A DNA stretch of 64,000 nt. Origin: Eledone cirrhosa. Its lineage: Eukaryota. Positions 50,923 through 63,812 of this stretch are shown piece after piece. The notes under the pieces were generated by a model. It saw only the letters and a program-made list of their open reading frames with translations, made no database searches and had not been told where the DNA came from. The stretch covers positions 110,608,001 to 110,672,000 of the forward strand of contig OZ024745.1 in assembly GCA_964016885.1 (NCBI GenBank), in the 5' to 3' direction. Both the position numbers and the translations under genes were made by a program. Numbering within the stretch: position 1 is the stretch's first letter; each line of letters begins with the position of its first letter.

Positions 50923-51294
50923 GAGAGAGAGAATAGCCTTGCGTATCTGTCCATCACACACTAGAGATGATTGAGGAAGGAAGTGGTGTCTAATACATAC
51001 ACACATCTATGTGAAAGACTGGCGGGAGGGGGGGGGGAACTATAGAGGTCCAGCGTTCTAAAATTCGTTACAGCTGTGTGTTTGTTTGTTTGTATCACTT
51101 GTGAGAACCAACCAACCAATAAAGCATCTCTTTTTTTTAATATTATTTATAGATATTACAATTAGCTGTCATTTTTTTTACGGCACAGGGCCAGCTAGTA
51201 TATATATATATATATACACATATATATATATATATACACATATATATATATATACACATATATATATATGTGGGTGTGTGTATACATATATACG

Positions 51295-51334
<40 letters not shown>

Positions 51335-51974
51335 GATACTGTTTTATCACTAGACAGTGTCTAAAAACCAACAAACATAAAACAATATAACTATGCCTTT
51401 GATCATATAGGTCTGGTCTGGTGTATCCAGCTTAATTCATACTGAAATTCTAACACAAAAAAAAGCTAACAATATTTTCTGTATTATCGCTGGTTGTTCG
51501 CTTTATTTATTTATTTTGTTGACTATCAATAAAAATTATAATGCTCTCTTATAGTGACAGCTATTGCAGTTATATGTCAATAATGCTACGATTGAATATA
51601 AAAGTATACAATTTCCTAGCTATACTATATCATTAAGTACTGTAAAATAAGGAAGACGGGGAATTTGCTATATAATCGTCAATATTACACCAATAATTTG
51701 AAAAGAAAATTAGAAATTATGAACTTATATCCCTCCCCACATCTTCCTTCTTCACATTTAAATAACAGTTATGTATTAAAAGAAAATGTTGCTTCCTTTT
51801 TTTTTCTAATGTTACAACATAATTCAAAGAATTATTTTTCTTTATCATCATTAAAATTCAATATAATTCAAAATACTATATTCATATTAACGTTGTTGTT
51901 TATCTAATTATTGTTGTTGTTCTTCCGATATCCAAGTGGCAAATAAAAGAAATCATCGTTATAAGCTGATCCTA

Positions 51975-52247
51975 TGGCAATAGGTAGGTAGAATCGGTAG
52001 AGGGTCGGACACCATGCTTTGCAGCATAGAGTTACAGCCCTTTACGTTCTGAGTTCAAATCCCGCCGAGGTTAACTTTGCATTTCATCCTTACAGGGTCG
52101 ATAAAATAAAGTACCAGTAATGTACTGGGTTATTGCTGGCCTTGTGCCAAAAGTAGAAACAATTATCATAAAGTAACAATAATAATTTTCTACTTTTGGC
52201 ACAAGGCCAGCAATGACCCAGTGCATTACTGGTACTTTATTTTATCG
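51975..52247. mobile_element. SINE (+) and partial SINE (-) tail to tail
   Basis: 51975-52165 plus; 52183-52247 minus 3' part. Confidence 0.8.
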
Positions 52248-52350
52248 ATGGGTTTGGGCTTAGGGCAAGAGGGAAGAAGTGCTGCGCCCCGCGGACAAGA
52301 CGGCAAAAGCATTCGCGTGGACGATGCCTAGTGACACCCGTTGCAACTAA
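52248..52350 (-). mobile_element. CRE-clade LINE 3' fragment
   Basis: LQRVSLGIVHANAFAVLSAGRS; homologous to 48320-48415. Confidence 0.7.
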
Positions 52351-52499
52351 TCCCAGGAGGCGGTGGATTTATATTTTGTTGCTGTTTGGTGTGTGTGTTT
52401 TGTTTTGTTTGCGTTGTTGGTGTTTTTGGTGATGCAGGTGGTGGTGTGGTTGTTGTTGGCGGTGGTGCTTGTGGTGGTGATGGTGATGGTGTTGTTGCA

Positions 52500-53560
52500 A
52501 GTTTCCTTGTGTGCCTTCGATTTTGGAGGGTGAATCTAAAGGTTTTTTTTCTTTTTTGTGGCAGACCGTTTGCCACTTCACTCTCGCCTCAAACTCCATG
52601 TCGGATTCCGTGGCGTCTGGGAGGGGTATGTGCTCCACGGCTGTTGGTGGTGGTAGTGGAGCCCTCTTCGGCAATTTTGTTGCTGGTGTAGCTACTTCAA
52701 ATGTAGCTATTGGTGTTGCCGCCACTGATGCTGCTGCTTTAGTTGTACGTGGCCTTGGTACGGGTGCCACGGACGTTGCCCTCCTACTCACCGTGGAAGG
52801 GGCTTCTGCGTTTGTTGCCTGCCCTGCTCTTGGTAGCAGCGGACCAGGTATTGGAAGGAGAGGGCCCTTCTTCTTCGCTGTCTTCTGCGGGCAAAAGGCC
52901 CTGAGGTGACCCTTCGACCCACAGAGATAACATTTTGGCCGTCTTCCTTCTACACTTATAGGGAGTTGGATTCCTTCCTCGATGTCTATGATATCGGGGA
53001 TAGCGTCGATACATTCCTGGTCAGTTTGTATAAGCATTTGCATGCCTATACCTGACCAGTTCTCTCTCCCTATTTTTTCTACTTGCAGCATGGTCGTCCT
53101 GTTCTCGATTCCAGCAAGGACAGACGCGGCCAGCCAAGGTATGGGCACGTCGGGTGGGACCTGGGTCACTTTGACCCTCACAATTTTCTGCCCGCAGTAG
53201 GAGGGCACCAAGACTATCTCCTCACTCTTTAGGGTTTCCAAAGAGTGAGACTTCGCTTCCTGGGGGGTGGCGAAAAGTACGTCTACTGTGGCGTACTTTC
53301 TGCCTCGGGTGATGTGGGTTTTGCGTGCCCAGACCGTAGCTGCTGGTCCTTGAAAAAATCGGGTGGAGGTTTCAGGGAGACGCTATTGGCGCTTCTTGTC
53401 ACCATGGCCCTTGCGACTGCCATCCCCTCCTCTGTGACTAACACTGTCTCGATATTTCAGGCGACACCTGCAAAAGAAGTGGTCCCTTTTTCAGCAGCAC
53501 CACTATTGCTGCCGCTACTGGTCTTACTGGTGGTGCTGAGATCGCTGTTACAGGTATCGA
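52500..53560 (-). pseudogene. LINE ORF1 (gag-like): RRM-like region plus CCHC zinc knuckle
   Basis: SFAGVA N-terminal motif, RGRKYATVDVLFATPQEAK, VRVKVTQVPPDVP, VEGRRPKCYLCGSKGHLRAFCP, Pro/Ala/Thr-rich tail. Confidence 0.8.
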
Positions 53561-53734
53561 TGTCATTGTTGTTGTTTTCGTTGGTACAGTTGTTGGTGTT
53601 ATTGTTGTTGTTTTCGTTGACACTGTTGCTGTTGTTACTGTTATTGTGGCTGTTGTTATTGTTGTTGTTTTTGTTGATACTGTTCCTACTATTATTGTTG
53701 TTGTGACTGTTGTTATTGTCATTGTTATTGTCGT

Positions 53735-55885
53735 TCTCAACCCTGCTAAACACAGAGTTCAAGATTTTGGCCAAGGTGTTAGAACGAGGTTGGCGCTTGT
53801 CGTCAAGGGTCTGGTGGGAGAGGGGCAGACATGCGCCATTCCGGACAGATCCATACACGACAACCTCCACCTCATGCGATACATAATTGAGAGGGTGGTT
53901 AAGGAACCTGGCACGAGTGGAACACTGATCAACTTGGATCAATCCAAAGCATTCGATAGGGTCGACCATCGGTACCTGGCGACGGTCCTCAAGGCAGCCG
54001 GTTTCGGGCCCGATTTCAGGGGTTGGATCGCTGCGATGTACAGCGACATCTGCTCAGTTGTAAGGGTGAACGGTCACCTGTCGCATCCGTTCAGCATCAT
54101 GCATTCAGTCCGCCAGGGTTGTCCCCTCTCGTCCCTCTTGTACGTATTGGCTCTCGAGCCGTTACTGCACAAACTGGGGGGCGATGAGGGGCATCCCACG
54201 CGAACTAGGATGCGGGAATTCCGAGTCGGCTTACGCCGACGACATCACCCCGGTGGTGTCGATCACCAGACACGTCCAGATGCTCGGCACAGCTCTCAAG
54301 GAATACGAAGCGGTGACAGGAGCAAAGATAAACCAGGAAAAGTCGATGGGCTTGCAGCTCGGCACCTGGAGAGGCAAGTCCATGCCGTCCGACAGCGTCG
54401 TGGGGCGTTGGACGGAGGGACCGGTTAAATTTCTCGGGATCTGGTTCGGTCCGGACCTCCAGATGGAGAAAAACTGGAGCGAGGTGACGAGCAGGGTGGC
54501 CTCCCTCACCCAGAAATGGGATGAGAGGAGGCTGTCCCTGAAAGGCCGGGCGGAGGCGACGAATGCGTACATCGCATCCGTCATCTGCTACCGCCTCACC
54601 GTCGTCCCTTGCCCCGGCCCAACTCTCACCAAAATGGAGCGCCTCCTCTTCTGCTTTTTGTGGAAGGGACGCGCTCCCATGGTCAGACGATCCATCTGCT
54701 GTCAACACCCGTTGCGTGGAGGACTGGGCATGCCATGGCTGATGATGCGCAAACATGCGCTGGGGCTGCGACATCTCTGGTGCTTCCTTGACGGTGAACA
54801 GGTGTGGTCCCTGTCGCCAGGCACGTTTTCCCACAGCTCGTCTCCTTGACGGAGCTGCAGTCCTGGGTCAGGAAAAGACTGAGGGATAGCGTTTGGAAAC
54901 TGGAATGTCTCCAGGCGCTCACTGCCCTCTGCCAGCTGGGCACCAGTATCGGTGGAACATCCACCTCGGCGTTCTATAGAGGACTAGTGGAGGGGAAGAG
55001 CGACGACGTTCTCGGAGACATCCTGGGCGTCGAAGAAGATCAGCTGTTTGCTCTCTTCCGGGGAACTTTCAGCCCAGGGTCTATGGATAACTTCCAGAAA
55101 TCCCTGGCCTGGCAGTGCTACCGGGGAGCGCTGCCGGTTCGAGATAAGCTCTACAGGCACTGAAATGCCGTCAGCCGAGCCTGTCCGAGATGCGCGCAGA
55201 GCGACGAAACCGTCGTGCACGCACTCGTTCAGTGCCCGAGCATTGCTGACTTGTGGAGCTATGTCGAACAGTTTCTGTCGCGTGTAGGACCGATCCGGTT
55301 ATCGACTGAGTCCATTGTGCAGATGGTCTCGCCGTCTTCCTTCGAGGAGGAAGGGCAGGCGGTTTTCATCTGCCTGGTGGCCATGGCGAAAGAGATTGTG
55401 TGGTGGACAAGGTTGAAAGGGTTAAAGACAGATACTTTCCTCTTCGGCGAATCCCTGATTAACTTTTTCAAGTTTCACTTGAAGAGGAAAATCAGGGTGG
55501 AGAGGCAAGTGCTGTCTTCTAGCAAGTTTGTTGAAAGGTGGGTGAATGTAGCGAGAATGGTCCGAGTGAACGGGACCGCTCTGAATATACGCTTGTAGTT
55601 TGAGAATGGGAAAAAATTGAGAGAGGGCGCTTGCCCTGGTGGTCAGGGTGGCCGTGGTCTTTTGTGTGGTTTTCGCCACGAGTAACCCTCGGAGGTTTTC
55701 CCCCTATTGGGGAATTTTTCATTGTTTCAATTTTCATTTTTATTGTTTATATATATATATGTTTCTATGTCTTTTTTGCTTTTTTATATAAATAATAATA
55801 TTTACACGCACAAAACCCACATCGTGCCGTCCTGTGCCGTCTGTAATGTTTTTCTTGATGTCAGCTCTTGTGGCCAATAAAGAAA

Positions 55886-55890
<5 letters not shown>
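53735..55890 (+). mobile_element. Tx1/L1-clade LINE (RT to 3' end)
   Basis: TLLNTEFKILAKVL, QTCAIPDRSIHDN, LDQSKAFDRVDH, RQGCPLS, AYADD, CPRC...ETVVHALVQCP; frameshifts; AATAAA then (ATT)n tail; same family as 44230-46062. Confidence 0.95.
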
Positions 55891-55920
<30 letters not shown>

Positions 55921-55927
55921 GAAATAG

Positions 55928-56805
55928 AGCGGTGGATTGGTACTATAGGGAGAGGGTCGGACACCATGCTTTGCAGCATAAAGTTATGGCCCTTTACGGT
56001 CCGAGTTCAAATCCCGCTGAGGTTAATTTTGTCTTTCATCCTTACGGGGTCGATAAAATAAAGTACCAGTAATGCACTAGGATAATTGCTGGCCTTGTGC
56101 CGAAAAGTAGAAACAATTATTATTATAGAAATAAAAAGGGCAATGGATCGGCAGAATCAATAGAGCGTCTGACAAATGCTTTGCGGCTTATAGTTACGAT
56201 ACTTTACGTTCTGAATTCAAATTCCACCAAGGTTCGATTTGCCTTTCATCCTTTTGGGGTCGATAAAATCAAGCACCAATAATGCACTGGGGTCAATTTA
56301 ATCAACTCTCCCATTCCCTTCAAATTGCTGGCCTTGTGCCAAATGTAGAAACAATAATTATTGAAAAAATAAAACGATCGAGGTATAGGTAGAGCGTTGG
56401 TTGGACGACTTGCTTTGCGGCATAGAGTTACGGCCCTTTATATTCTGATTTGAAAACCCACCGAGGTGAGCTTTGCCTTTCATCCTAACAGGATTTTAAA
56501 ATAAAGTACCAGTAATGCACTGGGTTTCATTTAATTGACTTTCCACCTTCCCTTAAAATTGCTGGCCTTCTGCCAAAAGTAAAAAAACAGCTATTAAAAA
56601 GATAAAAGCCAAAACAAACCCAGTCGTAAAGCTACCAAATACGGGTAAAATACTGAGGTCGATTTAATCGATTTTCTCTCCTTCCATTCAAATTGCGGTC
56701 CTTGTATCAAATATAGAAACAATTACTACTACTACTACTACTGCTGCTGTTGCTTCTTCTTCTGCTGCTGCTGATGCTGCTGATGATGATGATGATGACG
56801 ATGAC

Positions 56806-56849
<44 letters not shown>

Positions 56850-56990
56850 CGATGATGACGACGACGACGACGACGGCGACGACGATGACGACGACGATGA
56901 TGATGACGACGACGACGACGACGATGGCGACGACGACGACGACGACGACGATGACGGCGATGACGACGACGATGACGACGACGGCGACGA

Positions 56991-57059
<69 letters not shown>

Positions 57060-58340
57060 TGACGACGACGATGGTGACGACGACGACGACGACGGCGACG
57101 ATGACGACGACGACGACGACGAAGAAGAAGAAAAAGAAGAAGAACAAGCATTTCTGTGTTTGGTCTACTACTATTGTCATTGACGATGGTGGTGTATGGT
57201 GTTACAGTTTCAGCTCTTTAGGTTCTGTATTCAAATCCCAGTGAGATTAATTTTACCTTTCTGAGATTCCTAAAATAAAATATCTCTCATGCACTGGGGT
57301 GGGTATATATTATTGGTGTTCCCTCCCTCCAATTACTGGCCTTGTGCCAAAATTAGAAACCCTTACTATTATTATTATTTGCCATTCTGAGTTCAAATCC
57401 CGCCGAGGTTGATTTTGCCATTCATCCTTACGGGGTCGATAAAATATAGTACCAGTAATACACTGGGATAATTGCTGGCCTTGTGCCTAAAGTAGAAACA
57501 ATTATTATTATTGTGGATTGGCAGTATCGGTAGAGCGTGAAGCACCATGCTTCGCAGCATAGAGTTACAGCCCTTTACGTTCTGGTTTCAAATCCCGCCG
57601 ACGTTATCTTTGCCTTTCATCCTTACGGGGGTTGTGAAAATAAACTACCAGTCCTGCACTGGGGTCGATTTAATCGATTTTCCCTCCCCCCCCAAAAAAA
57701 ATTGCTGGCCTTGTGCCTAACGTAGAAACAATTATTATTATTGAGGGCAGTTGATTGGTAGTATCAGTAGAGCATCGGACAACATGCTTTGCTGCATAGT
57801 TACGGCCCTTTACGTTCTGAGTTCAAATCCCACTGAGGTTAACTTTGCCTTTCATCCTGCGATGAAATAAAGCACCAGGAATACGCTGGGGTCAATTTAA
57901 TAGACTTCCCCCAAAAAAAATTGCTGGTCTTGTGCCTATAGTTTTTGTGACATTGAATTGTCAGTATCGGTAGAGGGTTGGACGCCATGCTTTCCAGCAT
58001 AGTTACGTCCCTTTACGATCTGAGTTCAAATCCCGCTGAGGTTAACTTTGCCTTTCATCCTTACGGGGTCGATAAAATAAAGTACCAGTAATGTACTGGG
58101 TAATTGCTTGCCTTGTGCCTAAAGTAGAAGCAATTATTATTATTATTGTAGGGCGGTGAATTGGCAATATCGGTAGAGGGTCAGATGCCATGCTTTGATG
58201 CATAGAGTTACGGCCCTTGCCATTCTGAGTTCAAATCCCGCCGAGGTTAACTTTGCCTTTCATCCTTACGGGGTCGATAAAATAAAGTACCAGTAATGTA
58301 CTGGGTAATTGCTGGCCTTGTGCCTAAAGTAGAAACAATT
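55928..58340 (+). mobile_element. Cluster of about 10 co-oriented SINEs
   Basis: Copies start near 55928, 56140, 56385, 56620, 57185, 57383, 57513, 57745, 57953 and 58151, mostly separated by short (ATT)n. Confidence 0.9.
56722..57145. repeat. Compound trinucleotide microsatellite (CTA/CTG/GAT/GAC/GAA)
   Basis: Direct reading. Confidence 0.95.
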
Positions 58341-59792
58341 ATTTTTATTGTTGTTGTTACTTTTGTTATTAATATTCCAGTAGTCATATTGTTATTGTAT
58401 GCTTTCAATGCAACTGAGTACAGTTCTGAGTTTCTTTGTCGCATGCAGTATTTCATTTTTGTGTTTCTGGAAGGTACTATATATAATATATGTGCATGCT
58501 TAGTAGATTTTGTATATTGGGTATATGTGAATTACACATAATTATTGAGGTTTTGGCAATATATTTTGTCTGCATCTTTTTTTTTTTTTTTTTTTTTACC
58601 ATTCCCAAGGCATCTATTATTATGAGGTTATTTTCTTTTTTTTTCATACCTTTTATTCTAGATATCTCAATTTGGATATTTTCTCCATTTCTTTATGAGA
58701 TACATTGTCATACAATAGAACTATTACAAAGATTGGGAGACATTTTTTTCCCCTGGTGGCTTGTGACAATAATTTCTGGGAAATTTTCTTTAATTTCCCT
58801 GTTTGTATGAATCAGCTTATTCTAGAGTATGATCAAATTGTCATTCTTTGAAATCTTTTGTAGTGTGTGTTTATACCCTCTCTTTTCTTTTCATATTCCA
58901 TTACGCTGGCATAGTTTTCAATGTATGGAACTTGCAATTCTCTCCTATCTGGTTGAATACTATATCTTGGCTATAACTAAGCAGCTAGAAACTATGTAAT
59001 AATTTCTTATTTGTTCATATTGTGTATATAGATGTTCTAAATTTATTTAGATTTGTCACTTAATTAACATTTGCTACACTAAAACAGAAGCAAATAGAGT
59101 GTCATTGACACAATACTAAAGTTAACTCTTATAAGACAACTGTGGTAATCTATTGACCTGCCATTTAAATTCTAGAAAGAAGAAAAAGCTGATATAGAAT
59201 AAATAGATAGAACCCCAAGACCACATGATTTCAAAGTGAAATTCTGAAGCACACAACCATCATCATCATCATCATAATCATCATCATCATTTAACGTCCA
59301 TCTTCCACACTAGCATGGGTTAGACGGCTATGTACTATGCCTGTGCCTATGTATATTATATGTACATATGTATCTTCGTTAGAAGCGACTAAAGGGGTTG
59401 ACATTAGGAGGGGTATCTGACTATAACACATTGCCTCAAAAAGTCCCAACCAACATGGAAAAGCCAACATGAAGATGATGATAATGATGTATATATACAT
59501 ATACACAAGTATACATAGCATCTTTACTAAAACTTCAGTTTGACTCAAGCTTTGAGAGTGAAATTGTTTAGAAGCCCCCATTAGATCAGTTGAACCTGTG
59601 TTTTAAGGTTCCAGTCTTGTTACACTATGTTACACTGACTATAGAGATATTTCAGAATTACACTAAAGTTGGATATGTTTGTGGAATACTCAGTCACTTA
59701 CATGTTAATTCTTTAGATACTTCATTTGATTGAACAACTGGATGCTTATATGTCAGAAGAGTTCATCATCATTATTATTGTATATATATATA

Positions 59793-59977
59793 GGCGGTGG
59801 ATTGGCAGTATCGGTAGAGGGTCGGACGCCATGCTTTCCAGCATAGTTACGTCCCTTTACGATCTGAGTTCAAATCCCGCCGAGGTTGACTTTGCCTTTC
59901 ATCCCTACGGGGTCGATAAAATAAAGTACCAGTAATGCACTGGGTATTTGCTGGCCTTGTGCCTAAAGTAGAAACAA
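59793..59977 (+). mobile_element. tRNA-derived SINE (main family)
   Basis: Full length; TSD ATTATTATTGTATATATATATAG. Confidence 0.92.
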
Positions 59978-62236
59978 TTATTATTGTATATATATATAGT
60001 TACTTATTCATCAGAAGTGGTTAGTGCAAATGTTAAACTTGCTATCTTTAACTCAGTATTTTTGTCTACCTTTACCTATAGGGATGAATCTGGGGTAGTG
60101 ATCAAAGGAATATGATCATAAATACAAATGACTGAAATGACGTTAACAAAGATGATAGGATGGAGAATAAGTGAATGTGGGACAGAAATGAGGAAAGGAA
60201 AAAAGGTGAGGGAGAAAGGAGCAGAAACAAAAAAAAAATGGTGCAGCTAGGGGAAAGAACGAAGAAAAGATGAAACAGAGAGGAAAGAAGGGAAAAAGAA
60301 AGAAGTTGAAAATAGAGGATAATGCACATACCTTACAACCACTTCCGCACCCATTAGCAATGTTGTTTGCCGACAATAATGATGATTAAAATAGACAAAA
60401 ATCTAAAGGTAATATAAGCATCTTGAAGAAATGAATCTCAAAATTTATATTTGAAATCCAGTTACTAACGAATACATTTGAATTGCTTAAGGATGTAGAT
60501 ATTTTTATCTTACTGAAGAGGAAAAGATATAAACCTACCCACCACATTCACCTCACCCCACAGCCCGCTCCATCAGATTTGAAGCTGGTTATCATTGTAA
60601 TGATTGTTGAATGACACTGCTTAAGGATATATTCTCAGATGTCTCACTTTTGAGATATACAAACTAGAAATTATGGTACTTTTTAGTTTCAAATAGGTAT
60701 GAGGCAAAGATAGAGTAAATTCATAATACTCCAGAAAATTCAAGATATTCAAGAAAATAATCTGTGAGTTATCAGTTTTCCTTTTTATATATATATATTT
60801 TTTTGGCCATTGGCATAATTTTAGGAAGTGACGGACACAGTGCTTGAAAAAATAAGATAAAGAAAGGGAAAGAAAAAATAGAGGGTTTTTTTCATTTTTC
60901 TTTTTTTAAATCTCTTTCTGAAAAAAATACAGTGAACCAGTTCTTCAAAGTAAAACATAATAAAACCAAATTTTGAAAGAATGTAAAAGGGAAAAGTGAA
61001 AATCAAAATTTGAAAAAATAGTGCTGAATATCAATATTATTCCTAATGGTACTTCTTCATAAAAACATTTATTTTTACAAAATTATTGGGGCATTTTTTT
61101 GAAGTACCAAATAACAGTTTAACAGTTTACTGTGTTTTGTTTTCTTGTGTGTGTGTATGTGTGAGAGAGTGGATGTGTGTATATGTGGGGGGGGGGGTAT
61201 GTGCGTGTGTGAGAGTGGAGGTGTATGAGTGGGTGTTTATTTTGTGGGATGGGGAAATTTGTAGATATGATAAAATGAAGAATATGACCAAATATCAGGA
61301 AAAGAATGCTGACTCTACTTTAAAATATCAGCAATAAAACAATAAAGCTACTTAAAATAAGGTTTAGAGGCTTTCAAATCATGCTGTGTTCATATGAATA
61401 TATCATAACTTAGCTCAAATGTGTTATTTTTAAGGAGAGTAACAGATGTTTAAGGTAATAATTATAAAGGGCTTTAGACTCCCCACCACCCCACATGCAT
61501 ACTTCTTATTATTTCATATTCAGAAAGTATTACAAAATAATATTTATATATTACCAGTTAATCACATGACTTTTAAACTTGCCTTGATAATCTTTTTAAT
61601 GTGTATCATTAAATTTAGCCATAATACTCTGACATTTGTTGAGTGATTCCTCACAAAAATTGAACATTCAATTTTTTATTCCCCATAGACCATTTCGACA
61701 AAAAGTTATTTCATCATTCAATATACTAAATGAATCATACTCAATTGATAAATTTTAACTTTTTAAATTTGTAAAACAGCTATTTATTTATTTATGTTGA
61801 AAAATTGCAACTTATTTGAATTAATTTCACGGTGATGCCCCAGCATGGTCGCAGTCTAATGGCTGAAACTAGTACAAGAATAACAAAATAACAGAATAAA
61901 AAAAAAGACAGAAATTTAAGGCTGCTAAGCTGAATGTCTGACTACTTGAATGTCTTAAATAGGAAATCTAAACTATAATAAAGTAAGGAGCGCGGGACTG
62001 TGTACGGTTTATAATTTTTTATCCCATTAGTAAAATAAGTTGGATTACTTTGAATAAATAATGAATGAATATTACATAATTTATCTACTAAATTTCATGG
62101 CTGTTGATTAAATATATTTTGTTTATTTAAAGATTCACTTTAAAATTTCTGAAATGTCAACACTTCCTGTTGGCCATCGCTTAAATAAACATACTAATTT
62201 TCTGTCACTAATTTTCTCCTAATGCAGTTTATATAT

Positions 62237-62345
62237 AATTGTTTCTACTTTTGGCACAAGGCCAGCAAATACCCAGTGTATTACTGGTACTTTATTTTAT
62301 CAACCCTGTAAGGATGAATGCAAAGTTAACCTTGGCGGGATTCAA
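62237..62345 (-). mobile_element. SINE 3' half
   Basis: Family match from B box to tail. Confidence 0.8.
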
Positions 62346-63589
62346 GCAAAATATATCAATAAATATGAAGATTTAGCTCGAAGTAAAATAAATGAGACAG
62401 TACTAAAAAATAAAAAAAGTCAAATCAAGCACCACGTAATGTGTACTACAAGAACAGAAAAGTAGCAACTAGATTGCCAAAGATAATAAATATACACTTT
62501 AAGGAATGATGGATTTCATCAAAACAAATGAAAATATATTAATTTACATGTATGTATGGTCCCGTAACTCATGATAGAGTCGTAGAGACACTATATTGAC
62601 ATACTGCATTTCTTGGGCATTTTCAGCCTGGTGGAGCCCATTTATCTTCAGGCCTGAGTACAGCAGATTTCTTCCAGAGAAATGAAGAATCGATCCCAGT
62701 GCTAGACTGGTACTTATTTTATTGACCTTAAAAGGATGAAAGGCAAAGTTTACCTCGGTGGGATTTGAACTCATAGAGCAGAGAGCTGGAATGAAAAGTA
62801 TAAAGTATTCTATCCGACGTTCTAACAACTCTACCAATTCACCGCCTTAATTTACATACAGGCAGTAAATTGGCAGAGTTGTTAGAATGCCAGATAGAAT
62901 GTTTTGCAGTATTTGTTGCAGCTCTCTGCACTCTGAGTTCAAAACACACTGAGGCCAACTTTGCTTTTTATCCTTTTGAGGTTGATAAAAAAAAGTACCA
63001 GTCCAGTATCAGGGTTGATTCTTCCTCAATATCTCTTTCTCACTTCTTTTCTTCCACTTTATCTTTCTTTCCATCTCTAGAAGAAATCTGCTGTGTTTAG
63101 ATCTGGATAGGAGATGTGCTCTTCCAGGTTGTAAAATATTGGCCAAGACATACTACATGTTACTACAGCATCCCTACAACTCCATCAGGAGTTATGGGTC
63201 CATACATACATATATTTACATACATTTCCATTGTGTAATAAGTCATATAAGTAAAAGGTTTCTTTGAAGAAAGAATATATTTAGAGCTTCAAATATAAAA
63301 TAAGGAATAGCACTCAGAGCTCACAGAACATCTAATTCTTGTATTCTTTTACTCTTTTACTGGTTTCTTTCATTAGACTACGACCATTCTGCTGCATTGC
63401 CCTGAAAGGATTTAGTCAATCATATCAACCCCAGTGCTTATTTTTTTCAAATCAAGTACACTTATTTTATTGATCTCATTTTTGTCAAACTGTTAAGTGA
63501 CAAGACATAGACACAAACACAGGTACATACGTAAATACAAACGCTCACTCACATAAACACACACACACACGTGTGTGTCTATTTATATA

Positions 63590-63745
63590 TAACAGGCTTC
63601 TGCAGTTTCTGTTTACCAAATTCCACTCACAAGACATTCGTCAACATGAGGCTGTAGAAGACACTTGTACATGGTGCTACATAGCAGGACTGAACCTAGA
63701 ACCATATGGTTGCAAAGGGAATTACTTGACCACACAGCAATGACT
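63590..63745 (-). mobile_element. Third tRNA-derived SINE family (old)
   Basis: Minus head GCTGTGTGGTCAAG...GGTTCAGTCC then CAAGTGTCTTCTAC; relatives at about 1490-1625, 9230-9345 and 14160-14240. Confidence 0.55.
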
Positions 63746-63812
63746 GTGTTTAATTAATAATAATTAAAACAATCACTTCTTATATCAAAATACTGTTATA
63801 AAACTTATTTAA

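Noticed and set aside
52248-52360. GC-rich segment as the structured 3' UTR of the ORF1 element
   Set aside because: It translates to the CRE endonuclease C-terminus and is better explained as a separate CRE fragment
54205-54964. Long antisense ORFs over the Tx1 RT
   Set aside because: Expected shadow frames of GC-rich coding sequence
56707-57244. Poly-Val, poly-Arg/His and poly-Thr/Met ORFs
   Set aside because: Trinucleotide microsatellite, stop-free in several frames
59793-59885. SINE heads as tRNA genes
   Set aside because: A and B boxes are present but there is no complete cloverleaf; they continue into SINE body, tail and TSDs
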